Shown here: piece after piece, positions 23,534-35,479 of the stretch | Layout: the number at the start of each line of letters is the position of its first letter | Numbering within the stretch: position 1 is the stretch's first letter | Origin: an uncultured Nitrososphaeraceae archaeon | GTDB taxonomy: Archaea; Thermoproteota; Nitrososphaeria; Nitrososphaerales; Nitrososphaeraceae | NCBI GenBank assembly: GCA_963825865.1 | Contig: CAWGVG010000003.1 | Coordinates: forward strand, 96,001 to 160,000 | DNA length: 64,000 nt | Direction: 5' to 3' | Position numbers and translations under genes: made by a program | Notes under the pieces: model-generated | Databases searched by the model: none | Told to the model about the DNA's origin: nothing | The model's input: the letters and a program-made list of their open reading frames with translations, nothing else

Positions 23534-23687
23534 ATGTCTGATTCTAGCCCTTCATCACCATCATCTGCCGATCCAAACGGTGGCTACGTATGTAAAACAT
23601 GTGGCCTTGCTTTCACAACCGAACAAGCTCTAGGCAGCACATATAGATTCTGAACATCCAGAGTCACAACACGCCGAGGTATTCTAA
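23534..23687 (+). CDS. small C2H2 zinc-finger protein, one frameshift
   Basis: YVCKTCGLAFTTEQALG..HIDSEH. Confidence 0.6.
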
Positions 23688-24342
23688 TCTAATGCAGAAT
23701 GGCAATATGTGGATACTAAAAGTATAGAATGATGGTAAGAGTATCACAAGTTCATAAGTAGTAATGAAGATGGTAACTAGCTTTTCATGGTCATTTAGAT
23801 ATAACAATAGTTCAGCTACTCTTAGAACATATGATTTGGACATTAGTAGTATATTTGAGAAAAACCTAACTGTTAAAAAAGAGAACAACAATTTGTATGT
23901 ATATACATATGTAAAGACATGGAATGATCAATGAATATTTATTGAGATTGTAATGATCCTTTTTTAAGTATTCCAGAGTCAAACAATGTCTTAGAATTCA
24001 TTAACTTGATTTTGGTTTTTTATGTTCCCAAGTGCTGTTATTAAAGCCTGCAGTTGATTGTTTTGTATCTCGATTTGTTTGATGATGACGATGTTGATAA
24101 TGAATGCCTGGACATCTTCTTTCTTTTTACATATAGAGTATTAGTTAATAATATTTTGTATGAGCAAATATTATATCCAGATAATGTTTTTCTTAGTTCT
24201 ATCTCGAGCTAGAATATGTCTTCTGTTGAATAACAGGAGACGATATAATCTTTACAGTAATAGCACACACATGCACATGACATATTGGAGGAAGCTGTAA
24301 TAACCCAGAGAAATACAGACAATAATAATACATGTTGAGGTT

Positions 24343-24987
24343 TTAAGGATGATAGTTTGGGTTTAACCATTCAATGAATGGCGCGCAGTTTAATGAACGG
24401 CTATCATGGAGGTATTGTGGAATTATTTTTATATATTTGAATCCATTCTTTAACTGAAATGACAAAACTGGGTCATGCATTTCACCTCTTTCCACTTTAC
24501 CTGCATATTCATCTGCAGACATCTTATCTGCATATTCACAGTAGTTGTATAACCTACCCCCACCTATTATTCTTTTTAAATTGAATTTTATGGCCAATTT
24601 CTTTCTAGCATTAAAGAGCATCGTTGCAATTCCAAGCCCACGAAAATCAGGATGAGTGCAGATATCATCTGCATAAAGACTATCGCCATTAGGATTGTGG
24701 CTTTTAAAACGGTTCCGATTCCCAGCAATATCATACCAAGTATGATCACGATATTCAGGATATAATAATACAATTAAGCTGGTTGCAGACGCAACTATTC
24801 TTCCATCTAATTCTGCACAAAACTGTCCTTCGGGAAATAGATTAATATGATCTTCAAGAAATGATGGTTCATATATAATTCCAGCAGCAACATCTGGAAA
24901 TGATTCTCTCTGTATTGCAACTATTTGGGAAATGTCCTTTTTATAAGTATTTCTAAGTATCATGTTATTAGATTTCATATCACACAT
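24343..24987 (-). CDS. GNAT-family N-acetyltransferase
   Basis: FPEGQFCAE, HPDFRGLGIA acetyl-CoA motif, DPVLSFQLKNGF. Confidence 0.85.
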   Translation of the reverse strand: MCDMKSNNMILRNTYKKDISQIVAIQRESFPDVAAGIIYEPSFLEDHINLFPEGQFCAELDGRIVASATSLIVLLYPEYRDHTWYDIAGNRNRFKSHNPNGDSLYADDICTHPDFRGLGIATMLFNARKKLAIKFNLKRIIGGGRLYNYCEYADKMSADEYAGKVERGEMHDPVLSFQLKNGFKYIKIIPQYLHDSRSLNCAPFIEWLNPNYHP

Positions 24988-25246
24988 CTACCAAAGAAGA
25001 GTCTCTTTATTTACTCATCTGGATTTTAATAAAATCATCTTACTTCAGTATCTGGAAATCTGAGGATTATTTATGCAGAATCCAATTATTGATTCTTCCT
25101 TTCGAAGTTTGTACCTAAAACTATTATGAAAAGAGGAACTCGCTTCCACAAGGTGATTATAAGATGATTGAACTAAATAACATACATCCTTCTTCATCTT
25201 ATTCTTTTATCATATTCAAAATAATTAATTTTCAATTTTTTTATTA

Positions 25247-26101
25247 TTAACCATATGTTTCGATTTTGATATCAAAGGATCCATCTTTTCTTTTGTTTCT
25301 ATTGGTGACAAATCCTAATGGAGTTAGTAACGAAATGACTGCGTTAATTGTTCCCTGATATCCACAAATGTAAAAGAATGAATTTTGCGGTGTAATATTT
25401 TCGCCTACAAGTCGTTCTACTTCTGAATTTTTATTACCATTTTTTCTCATAAGCAATGTCTCTACCCTCCCAGTGTTTCCTTTCCAATTTTTAGACAAAG
25501 GATGGTCGGGCCTGCTAACAGTCGATACATATCTAAAATTCCAATCACTATCTGGATTGACTACGAGATTTTCTAAAATGTCTTTATAGCCAAGCTCTGC
25601 TGCATATCTTGCACCATGGAGCAACATTATTTCTTTAGACGTTCCTATTTTTCTTAAATGAATAATATAACTGATGAATGGCGCAAGGCCAGTTCCTGAA
25701 GCAACCAAGACCAACCTCCTAGATTCGGGCGTATTATCTTTTTTATTTTCTTCAATTGTAAAAGCACCTGCAGGTTTCCGCCAGAAAATAGTATCGCCTA
25801 CCTTTAATTTAAATATCATACTCGTAATTTTCCCTGGAATGGGTTCAGTTGCCCACTTGATATAAAATTCAAAATATTTCTTTTCTTCGGGCGGAGATGC
25901 GATAGAATATGCTCTATTTGTTATTTTACCATCATCAGATAATCTTACCCCCAATGTAACAAATTGCCCTGGTTTGAACTCTGGAATTTCACTGCCATCT
26001 TCTGGTTGAATCCTTATTATTGCCAAATCATCTGTCAAATGTTTTTTATAAATAATTTTTCCTAGCAGGGGTTGTGCTTGGCTACTCCTAGCCAACGTCA
26101 T
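25247..26101 (-). CDS. fpr: ferredoxin--NADP+ reductase
   Basis: FKPGQF, RAYSIAS, SGTGLAPF, YICG. Confidence 0.85.
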   Translation of the reverse strand: MTLARSSQAQPLLGKIIYKKHLTDDLAIIRIQPEDGSEIPEFKPGQFVTLGVRLSDDGKITNRAYSIASPPEEKKYFEFYIKWATEPIPGKITSMIFKLKVGDTIFWRKPAGAFTIEENKKDNTPESRRLVLVASGTGLAPFISYIIHLRKIGTSKEIMLLHGARYAAELGYKDILENLVVNPDSDWNFRYVSTVSRPDHPLSKNWKGNTGRVETLLMRKNGNKNSEVERLVGENITPQNSFFYICGYQGTINAVISLLTPLGFVTNRNKRKDGSFDIKIETYG

Positions 26102-26548
26102 AGATGAGTAGTCTAATGGGCTTCCGTATAAATTATTATCCTAGTTACCTTAATGACTAAAATAGTATATCTGCTAACCGAAGCCGATATAGCTCTGTAA
26201 TTGTCGCAAGCTTTGGCAAAAGGGCTCAATAATAATTTTAGAGCAGCGTCAAAAAAACTCGGTGAAAATTTTTTTGTACCTTATGATATATGAGTATTGT
26301 GTCCCTAACTGCTACAATATTATTTTCTGCGTGTAAGGAAGGATAACGGCCTTTATTCTCTATTCTTGGGGTTCTGGACATCACAAGGAATAATACGTTA
26401 GTAAGGGATAAATTTTCTTCATGCTTTTATTGCCGTAGTATCTATAGAATAGATAATATTCTTATATTAGATTATTCTATAATATAATATATGTTTTGCA
26501 TAGCGTTACACTGCGAAGCTCTGTTGTCAGTAGGAGAAATTCAGCCCT

Positions 26549-27532
26549 ATGACTAAGCCCAATTGGGCCTGTGCCGATTGCGGTATGCATTCTTCGAGAA
26601 AGTATAGCATAAAGCGTCATATTCAAAACCTACATAATGGAAACGGGCAAATTATTTCGTTTGTCAATTACATAGCTGGCAGTCAAACTGGAATATATCC
26701 CCAGGGCCTACCTTCTACTTATGTAAAGAAGAGCAGTTTTACTACTATTCCAAAAACTAGGCCTATGGATATCCTGCAAAATGAACTCTTGAAAGCAATT
26801 GCTTGGAAGTCGGTAAATAAAAAGACCTCGTATCATCTGCCTCACCAAACGCCATTACCAAATCATCAGCAAATCTTCGCTAATCAATTTCAAGCATCCC
26901 CAACGCCAAGTTATTATCAGTCTCCTCCCGTTCCACTCTTCTCCTCCCAAGGCTTTGTTTTCAAATTAGAAGATATCTTTGGATTTGAAGTGCGCGTATG
27001 CGATAAATGCTCGACGATAAAACCAATCATGATTTGTTATGCGAATGAGGGTGAAGTCGGACAAGTAAGAATAGGGATGACTTGCTGTAATTCAATAGAA
27101 CTACCTTATAATTGCAAAAAGGTAAACGAGAATGGCCAGCAAAAATTCCTCAGGATATTAAAGAACCTTGCTGACCGATGGACAAAAATAAATAATGATA
27201 ATAATAAAAAAACATGTGCAGTGGCACTTAAACTATCATTAGATGAAATAATAACAGGTAATCACAGAATTAAGGTAAAATGCGGAATTCCAGCGAGATC
27301 CATTACTTTGCAGTGTTCAGAAGAGAAATACATCGAATTAACAAGCCTTGCAGACGAAAGTTGCTGGGTAAGAAGAGTTATTGAAGAAAAACAAACTATG
27401 TTGAACGATCATGAACTGATCGATTTCCTGCATAAAGTAGGAAATGCGACTTTTGGATTCTTTAAACTTGATACACAACTATATTTAATAGTGATCACTA
27501 ATAACAATAATATCAGCATAAAATCCCATTAG
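26549..27532 (+). CDS. hypothetical protein with N-terminal C2H2 zinc finger
   Basis: WACADCGMHSSRKYSIKRHIQNLH; intact 327-aa ORF. Confidence 0.7.
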   Translation: MTKPNWACADCGMHSSRKYSIKRHIQNLHNGNGQIISFVNYIAGSQTGIYPQGLPSTYVKKSSFTTIPKTRPMDILQNELLKAIAWKSVNKKTSYHLPHQTPLPNHQQIFANQFQASPTPSYYQSPPVPLFSSQGFVFKLEDIFGFEVRVCDKCSTIKPIMICYANEGEVGQVRIGMTCCNSIELPYNCKKVNENGQQKFLRILKNLADRWTKINNDNNKKTCAVALKLSLDEIITGNHRIKVKCGIPARSITLQCSEEKYIELTSLADESCWVRRVIEEKQTMLNDHELIDFLHKVGNATFGFFKLDTQLYLIVITNNNNISIKSH

Positions 27533-28089
27533 ACACAAATAGAATATCTTATCGGTCAATATTCTAATAGCTTACTTAATCAGTATAATTATTCTTTGTT
27601 AATGAAAACTCTTAACTTGCCTAGCCCTATTTAATTCAAAAAATAAGAAGAAAGCAGCCAAAAATTCTGGAGGGGTCAGTATTCTAAAGAATGAAAAATC
27701 TTATTTCAATTCCGCAAGCATTGTAAGTTGTTTCTATGACATCTTCAATCCCGTAGATCAACATCAGAATATCTTTACCTGAGAATATGCCCTTTTTCTT
27801 CTAATGTGTGTCTACTTCTGCACCAAACAAATCTGCTTGGATATTTATTACCTTCAGAAAATGTGTTTACATTTTCTGAATATCCTCGTTCTGATAGAAA
27901 GCGATGACTAGTCCACAAATCAATTGTCTGTCACTTTCATCTTATCTTGAAGAATGTGTGTGTCATTATTAGATATTTGAATGGAGCATATGACAATTGT
28001 TATCTGATCCTCTAGTTTTCGACTATCCTCTTAAATAAGTGAGAATCCCTGCCTGCCTCTCCCTCTAACATTATAATAGATAAGCTACC

Positions 28090-29696
28090 TTAACCTAAGG
28101 AACTTAAGGTAGAGGCAGCAGGGGATTTGATTTCTCTTGCACTGAAATATTTTACATCTACGTCTGGAGCGTTATCCCATCTATAAACCGAAGTTGGACC
28201 TCCCCAAGTTATTATTTGGTCAGGGTCTCCACCACATGTTTTACCGTCTTGTCCGAATCCTCCAGAATCTATGAACTCATTTAATTTTACCCAGTTTCCA
28301 TCATTATTGCCATCAAGCCAGGACTCCATCTTTACAGCCGTCTTCCCATTTAGCGGAATGCTATATATAATAGTCTTAAAACCTATCCACTTGCCAAAAA
28401 GAGAAGCAAATGGAGTATTTTTATAGGGACTATATGCATAAGATACATGCCACTGTTCCTTTGCAAATCGGGTTTGCAGGGGACTCCCGCCAAAATTAAT
28501 CCATCCTTTATACGCGGTTCCTAAACATCCTTCAGGTCCATCAGACCCTGTATTCCTTGCATTTCGTGAATACCAGGTATAATGGCCACCTACTAAGTTC
28601 CCGGATGCACCTGTGACACTTCCTCCTACTTTATTCAATTTAACATATCCTGTTATCTCTACATCACGCCAATCGTTAGGCGTTTGCATGTATCCTTTGG
28701 CCGCTAGTTGTTTTTGATTAGTAGTAGTGATGAGTTCTGGATGATATCCTTTGGACGTATATGCACGAAACCTCACTGCATCACTCTTTATCTTCCAACT
28801 GCCATCTGAATTTTTTGTGAGTGTTGTCTGTGGCTCAGTTCTAGGATCATGGTTAGGATCATTCATATTCATGAACCATTCTTCATTTGTACGTCCTGTA
28901 GGATAGATCTCTTTTATTCCAAATGGATCTTTACCTATTGGTGGTTGAGTAACATGATTTACTGCAATATGGGCTGTGGCGCTACCAGTTAAATGATCTG
29001 GAGTAGTGGTTGTAACTGTCAATGTAAAGGACATTAACGTATTATTAGTCGAAACAGAGGGAGCTGTAAATGTAGCTATGGCTGAATTGGGATTACTTAG
29101 CGCAACAGGAGGACCAGCAGTCTGTGTCCATGCATATGTTAGTGGACCACTCTGTGGGTTAGGTACTTAAATGTCCATCAAGTGTAACATTAGTGCCCTC
29201 GTTGACCGTTTGGTCAGGCCCAACAATAGCAGTTGGTGGTAGAGGATTTGTAGTACCCCTGTTAACAGTTATACTTACTAATGCCTTGGTACGAGCAAAT
29301 CCATGATTATCTGTTGCCGTATATGTAAAAGCATCAGGTCCACCATATCCTGTCATTGGCGTATATCTGATGCTGTTGGGAGTAGAACCGACAGAAATAG
29401 TTCCATGGAATGGCCTATCTAATATGGTAAATGTTATAGTATCTCCAGGATCGGGGTAAGTGCCTGTTAAAGTGATCTCAGTTGGGGTATTTTCATTTGT
29501 TGTAACCGTCTTGGGATTAGGCAAAGGAGGATGATTAACAGAGAATAGAGAACCAAGTGACGATGGTAATACACTGTGCGATCGAGCAGATGCAAATTTA
29601 CCACCAGCAGCACCACCACCAACAACAATAACGATAGATGTTAAAAGCGAGCGTAATTGCAAAAAAGGTTGAAAGCGGTTTTATTAGTCTAGACAT
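28090..29696 (-). CDS. secreted Ig-like/PKD protein with C-terminal carbohydrate-binding or lyase-like domain, frameshifted
   Basis: Signal peptide; TTNENTP..ITLTG..YTP..GPDAFTY (Ig-like); GPDQTVNEG PKD; DPFGIKEIYPT...WRDVEITGYV domain. Confidence 0.7.
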
Positions 29697-30472
29697 AATC
29701 TGTCACCTCATTTTTTAGCTCGCTATTATGAGCAAATGTAAAACATTTTAATTTTGATGTCTTCAGTATTCTCTTGGATTTTCGTAGCTCTGCTAATAAC
29801 ATCTGTCCTGATTTCACAAGGCAACACTCGGGGAATTAATATTTAATATGTGCTTTACCTTGTACTCGATATTGTATTAATTGTTATTCGATATAAAAAA
29901 AAACACTTACTAATGGCTATAACTATTCCATCGTATAAGCGATTGTTTTGAGGGTAAAGTAATATATGACAATGTTAGAATGTTAAATCGCGATTAAAAT
30001 ATTAACAAGCGAATCAATATACCGAATCGCCCTCATCTCCCTCCTTACTGTTTTTTTGCAATCCCAATTTTCTAAGTATTAAACTGAAAGTAAATTATGA
30101 GTTAAATTAATGAATAGAATAAGTTTGTTATAACCTCATTTGTCAATATATTTTTTAAAATCCCCATGTCATATGATCTTCTGGCCTCATCGAATCTCGT
30201 AATAGCGTTGTCGCATATGATCATTTTCGTAGTTTGAAACGTTGTATATATGAATCCGTATATGAGAAATCTCTACAACAGAGTAGTGGTGCCTGCCTGA
30301 AACCTTGATGTAAAGCCTCTTTCTATTATTCTTTGTTCCTACGTAATCCTGATTGTGATGATTTCAAAACTTCCCTTGCCAGGATGAAAAGCATATCCTC
30401 CTACTTGCAAGAGCAATTGTGTTTAATATGATGTTTCACTGAATTGTCTTTCTTCCAATTAACTTTGGTTGC

Positions 30473-31829
30473 TTATCCTGGAGGAGAAGTGTCGGTGGGG
30501 GAAGAAGACGTGTCTGGAGGAGAAGTGTCTGGAGGAGGAGAATTATTATTAGGAGTGCTACTATTTTCTATTCTATTAGCATAAAGCGTATTGACTTGAT
30601 CAAGACCAGGATCAATCCTCAAGGGATTTTTGGCATTTATGATATTGTTATCATGCACCTTATTGGCAGAAGAGTTGCTAATCAAAACAATACCCGATTT
30701 GCCATTTGAAATTGTATTATTGTATATCTCATTATTGTGTGACTGAGAAACGTGAATAGCTCTGGACTGACCGTAGATGTTATTGTCCCTAGCAATAGAA
30801 TTAGTCACATTTCTGCTAAATGCTATTCCAGACCCTGTATTATTATAAACTACATTTTTTTCAAAAAGTATGTTATAGCAATCTTGCGAACAGATTATAG
30901 CTGTACCATTATTGCCATATACAGTGTTATTTCTAATTACCATATCATGGGTTCCTGTATGTGGATCTATGCCATAATGACCCATATCATGAACTTTATT
31001 GTTTTCAATCACCATATTTCCTACGCCGACTGAATAAAACCCAAAATATAGATGGTGTATATCATTATTTCTTATTACACTACCATCCCCAGCCAAATGA
31101 TAATGGATGCCAGATGTTCCTGTACCCATCCTCCTTCATATCCTAAATATGCAATCTCTGAGTTTGTAATATTTAGTGTGCCCGTTCCATAGTCGTTCTA
31201 TTCTAAAATATGGCCTTGGGGCTCCTACATGAACTATTTTTCCAGAAGTTTCTCTTGATCCATGACTTTCAACATACATCATTTGTTTGTGGATTCCAGG
31301 AAGTTACTTTTACTGAATCTATCTTCATACTACCATAGACATGTATGCCATATGCAAGAGTGTTGCCATCTGAAATTATTTTTAGCCATTTGGTATCTTT
31401 GGAATCGATATTTAATGTAGATCCAGGTTGTATGGTCACATTTGCATTTAACAACCATACTCCATTATTATTATTATCGGGATCTTTGTACAAAGCCTTA
31501 TTTTCAGCTCCTCCAAGCTGTTCATATATATCAGTTAGGCTTACAGGAGATTTGCATGACACCGTGATTGTGAGAGTTGCTGCATCATAGGCTATACACC
31601 CTGATTCCGGTAATGCATAGGCTGTTTGTATTTGCTCATTTGATGGTATTGAAAAACTTGGAAAGGCAAATGTCGAAAGTATCAGTACAATAGCAGTAGT
31701 AATACCTGCGTATAGTACCTTAGTCGAATACTTGGCAATACAACATGTGTGATGTAGTTTTTTTTTACTTCTATCCATAATCGGCTGAATAGTGTTACAT
31801 CTTGAAACAATATAATTGAGATGAAACAA
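30473..31829 (-). CDS. secreted right-handed parallel beta-helix (NosD/CASH, AlgG-like) protein, frameshifted
   Basis: YFGFYS, YGIDPHTGTHDMVIRNN, IICSQDC repeats; Pro/Ser PPDTS tail. Confidence 0.8.
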
Positions 31830-32219
31830 ATTTTACGTTGATAAGTGTATAACACGTATATTTACACTTTACTGCATTTTTGAAGTTTTTATATATTATT
31901 ATGCTATGTTATGTCATATCAAATAAAGCAATTACCTTAGCAAGCAGCATACGGAGCATTATTAGGTTTGTTAGAGAGAAAAGATAAGAACAGCAGTAAA
32001 AGAAAAAATTACAATAATACAATGTGCAATTAAAAGAACAATTAGTGTAGGTACAAGGAAATCGCTTATGCTGTAAAACCGTAAATAATTAATTACTCTC
32101 AAATGAAAAATAGTAAACAGCATGATTTAGAAAAGCTCTTTGAAGATATAGGGTATATGAATAGGGGAAAATGCAAACAGTTTTTAAGGTCCATATACAT
32201 TTCAACATTTGCCAAAATA

Positions 32220-33441
32220 ATGGTATCTATAATTATTATGCAAAAATCTAAACTATTTACAATATCTGCAATAACAGTTGCGGTATTACTGGGTATGTTC
32301 ATAGTTCAAATGCCGGCTATGATACTAGTAGGCTCCGCATCAGCAGCAGCAGCAGGCAGCTTCTCCTCCATCTCCTCCTCCCACTCCCCATTCTCCTCTC
32401 AATACTATATTCAAACAGGTGGAGAACTCTGTTGTTCAGATAACGAGTAAGGTTCCAACACCATCTAACCCACAGAATCCACAAGCACCAAATGCTACTG
32501 CATTAGGTTCTGGTTTTGTCTATGATAAGCTAGGACGGATAATCACTAATAATCATGTCATAGGCGATGCCAAAATAGTGGATGTAACATTTGTAGATGG
32601 GAATAGATATACTGCAAAAGTGATAGGGAATGATATCTATAGCGATATAGCAGTATTGCAAATTATTGAGAATGTTAGTCAACCCCCTAGCCCTCTTGTA
32701 ATTGGAAACTCTTCCAAATTGATGGCAGGAGACCCAGTAATTGCTATTGGTAACCCATTTGGCCTTAGTGATACTATGACTACAGGCATTGTAAGCCAGA
32801 TTGGACGCTTATTACCAGCTTCAGGAGTTGGATTTTCTATACCAGATGTAATTCAAACTGATGCCCCAATTAACCCGGGTAATTCCGGTGGTCCTTTGCT
32901 AAATATGCAAGGACAGGTCATTGGAATAAATACTGCAATTAGCTCTGACACAGGTACATTTTCTGGAATAGCATTTGCAATTCCATCTACCACGATAACA
33001 CGAATAGTTCCTTCATTAATTGAAAAGGGAAATTATACCCACCCATATATTGGACTTACTGGTGCTACTCTAACTTCGGATTTAGCAGGGACCATAAACG
33101 GTTTGCCAGCAAACTTCAAAGGTATAGTTGTAGATTCACTTGTAAAGGATGGTCCTGCCGATAAAGCAGGGATACATGGAAGTAATACTGATCAATACTC
33201 TAAAAAACATGGAGGCGATATAATAACAGCCGTGGATGGACATGCTGTGACAAAAATAGACGATTTAATCTCCTATATTGATGAACATGTACCTGTTGGT
33301 AATAGTATAACATTGAAGGTATATAGAAATGGGCAGAGTTTGGATTTAAAGACAATCCTTACCGCAAGACCTTCTCCACTTCCATTTCTCCCTGTACTCT
33401 CCTCCCCTCCCTCAAATCCATATCCGCGGCCACCACCATAA
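32220..33441 (+). CDS. HtrA/DegP-family serine protease with PDZ domain, frameshift in the N-terminal low-complexity region
   Basis: GSGF, TNNHV, DIAVL, INPGNSGGPL, PDZ (GDIITAVDG). Confidence 0.92.
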
Positions 33442-33841
33442 CTTTATTATCTGCAGTCTATAACGGTTTTTTGAATACTTCGGTCAATTTTATTCTTATT
33501 CTTCTTCTTCTTCTTATTATTATTATTATTAGATAGAATTTGGTTGTTTGTCTCTTTTTTGCATGTGAATTAAACTGAGCCTAAGGTTTTTTACACTACC
33601 GAATAAATAGTCTTAGAATCTAAGATCTAGATATACATATAATGTTGCAGGCGGGTAAAAACATTGATAGGAGGTGCAGATATGTAGATAACAATTATTA
33701 TATATAACAAATTACTAATAATTAAAATTCTAACTTATTAAGTAAATTAGATTCGATAATAAGGTATAATAAGGTTTGGCTATTAAATAGACAGAAACTA
33801 TAAACTAGTATGTATATTATAAGAAGGCAGATAGAGATAAA

Positions 33842-34323
33842 TTGAAAATATCTGTTCTTTCAAAAAGAGACACATTAGATCTAATAGAAATAATAAAAAA
33901 AAATGGCCTAAGGATATTGTTCCCAAAATAAAAAGCCTTACATCGTATGAAGTAGAGGCAGGCAAATATATACTAAAGTTTCAAAATTTTACTGCAGTTC
34001 AAATAAATCAAAATATCATATTACCATTTATCGGTAACTCCGATTTCATAAAATATTTTCCTTGTGTACATGTAGACATGGGCGCTGTCAAATTCGTCTG
34101 TAATGGTGCCAAAATAATGAGACCAGGAATCACAAAATTCGACATTTTCAAAAAAGATGATATCGTTATTGTAAAGGATCAGACTTATGGGAAGACCTTG
34201 GCAGTGGGGATAGCGTTGGACAATAGCGAAATTGCTGCGGCTAATCCTAAGGGTTATGTAATTGATAATCTACATTACATCAGCGATAAGTTTTGGGAAG
34301 TATACAAAGAAATTGGTGCCTAG
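33842..34323 (+). CDS. DUF1947/PUA RNA-binding protein, frameshift in a poly-A run
   Basis: TTG start MKISVLSK..; VDMGAVKFVCNGAKIMRPGI, LHYISDKFW. Confidence 0.85.
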
Positions 34324-34561
34324 CCAATAATGATCATGATACCAAATATGCATAATATTCAACGTGTTATCGGCAAGGAATAGTTTGCGGTGAAACTTCA
34401 AAAGAACGAAATGATGATGGAGATATATATTGAAAACTAACGTAGAAGATGATAAAGCGATAATATGGATAGCAAACGACTGATGCTTTATTATGTTCTC
34501 ACTCCCCAAAGGTAAAAATCAGTTAGTATATTTTCTCTTTAACATCACGAAAAACAATGTC

Positions 34562-35159
34562 TTATACGTTTAAAGATTCTTCCCGGAATCCGCTTTTTGT
34601 TATTACCAATATATCTATACCATCTCCGCTAGATGAATCTCTCAGTATTGATGATTTGATTGCCTTAATTGCCATTTCTCTAGCTTTTTCTTCAGACATG
34701 TTAGGTTTGTATTCAGCATCGATAATACCCAATGCCATTTCGGCACCAGTACCTACTGCTCGCATACTCATCTGGAAGCACTGATCCAAGTGGATCCAAT
34801 GTATAGATTTCCGGCTTGATCTCAAGTCCTCCAACAATAACCTGTGTTAGTAATGGAAAGAATCTTCTCTCAAACATTATAACAGACATCAACTTTGCAA
34901 TAGAATTAGGTGCTACATTACGTCTAGTTTCCAGTTTTCGAATCTTGGCAAGAGCAGCGACCTGTCTTACCAGAACTTGCATGTCTGCAATCATTCCAGC
35001 GCATGCCGCTCCAACCTGATTAGTAACTGAAAAAGTTTTCTTTGTGTTCTTGTTCACTACAAAGTTACCATATGAAACGCGCTTTTCGGCAGATAAAATA
35101 ACCCCTTTATCATAAGAAATTCCTACTGCTGTTGCACCCGGCAAAAATTGAAAGGCCAT
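34562..35159 (-). CDS. psmB: proteasome beta subunit, one frameshift
   Basis: [36 protein letters not shown]. Confidence 0.92.
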
Positions 35160-35479
35160 GTTTTCAGGATATATCCCATATCAGTTAGATTTAGTCGTTT
35201 CTATTTTCTGTCAAGGCAAACATCTGAACGAAACCTCAACAACATATAGTGTTAGCGCCTTACATCGTGATTGATACTATTCCATTAATTTGTCTTCGCT
35301 TGATGGTAGATAACGACATCCTATTTATTTTTGTACTTCAACCTTAAAATGTAGATAGGAAATTTATAGTTAATCCTGTGCTTTACATTGGTGATATCAA
35401 TAGTCATAAAAATTGATAACCACGCCGCCCAAATATCAATTTAACAATTCTAAAGATGATTTTAAAGATTACACAAATA

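Noticed and set aside
33660-33845. Another C-depleted tract
   Set aside because: About 7 percent C, G also low, no recoverable protein; ordinary AT-rich intergenic DNA
35120-35159. Proteasome beta lacking Thr1 (GATAVG)
   Set aside because: Non-catalytic beta paralogues are already known in TACK archaea
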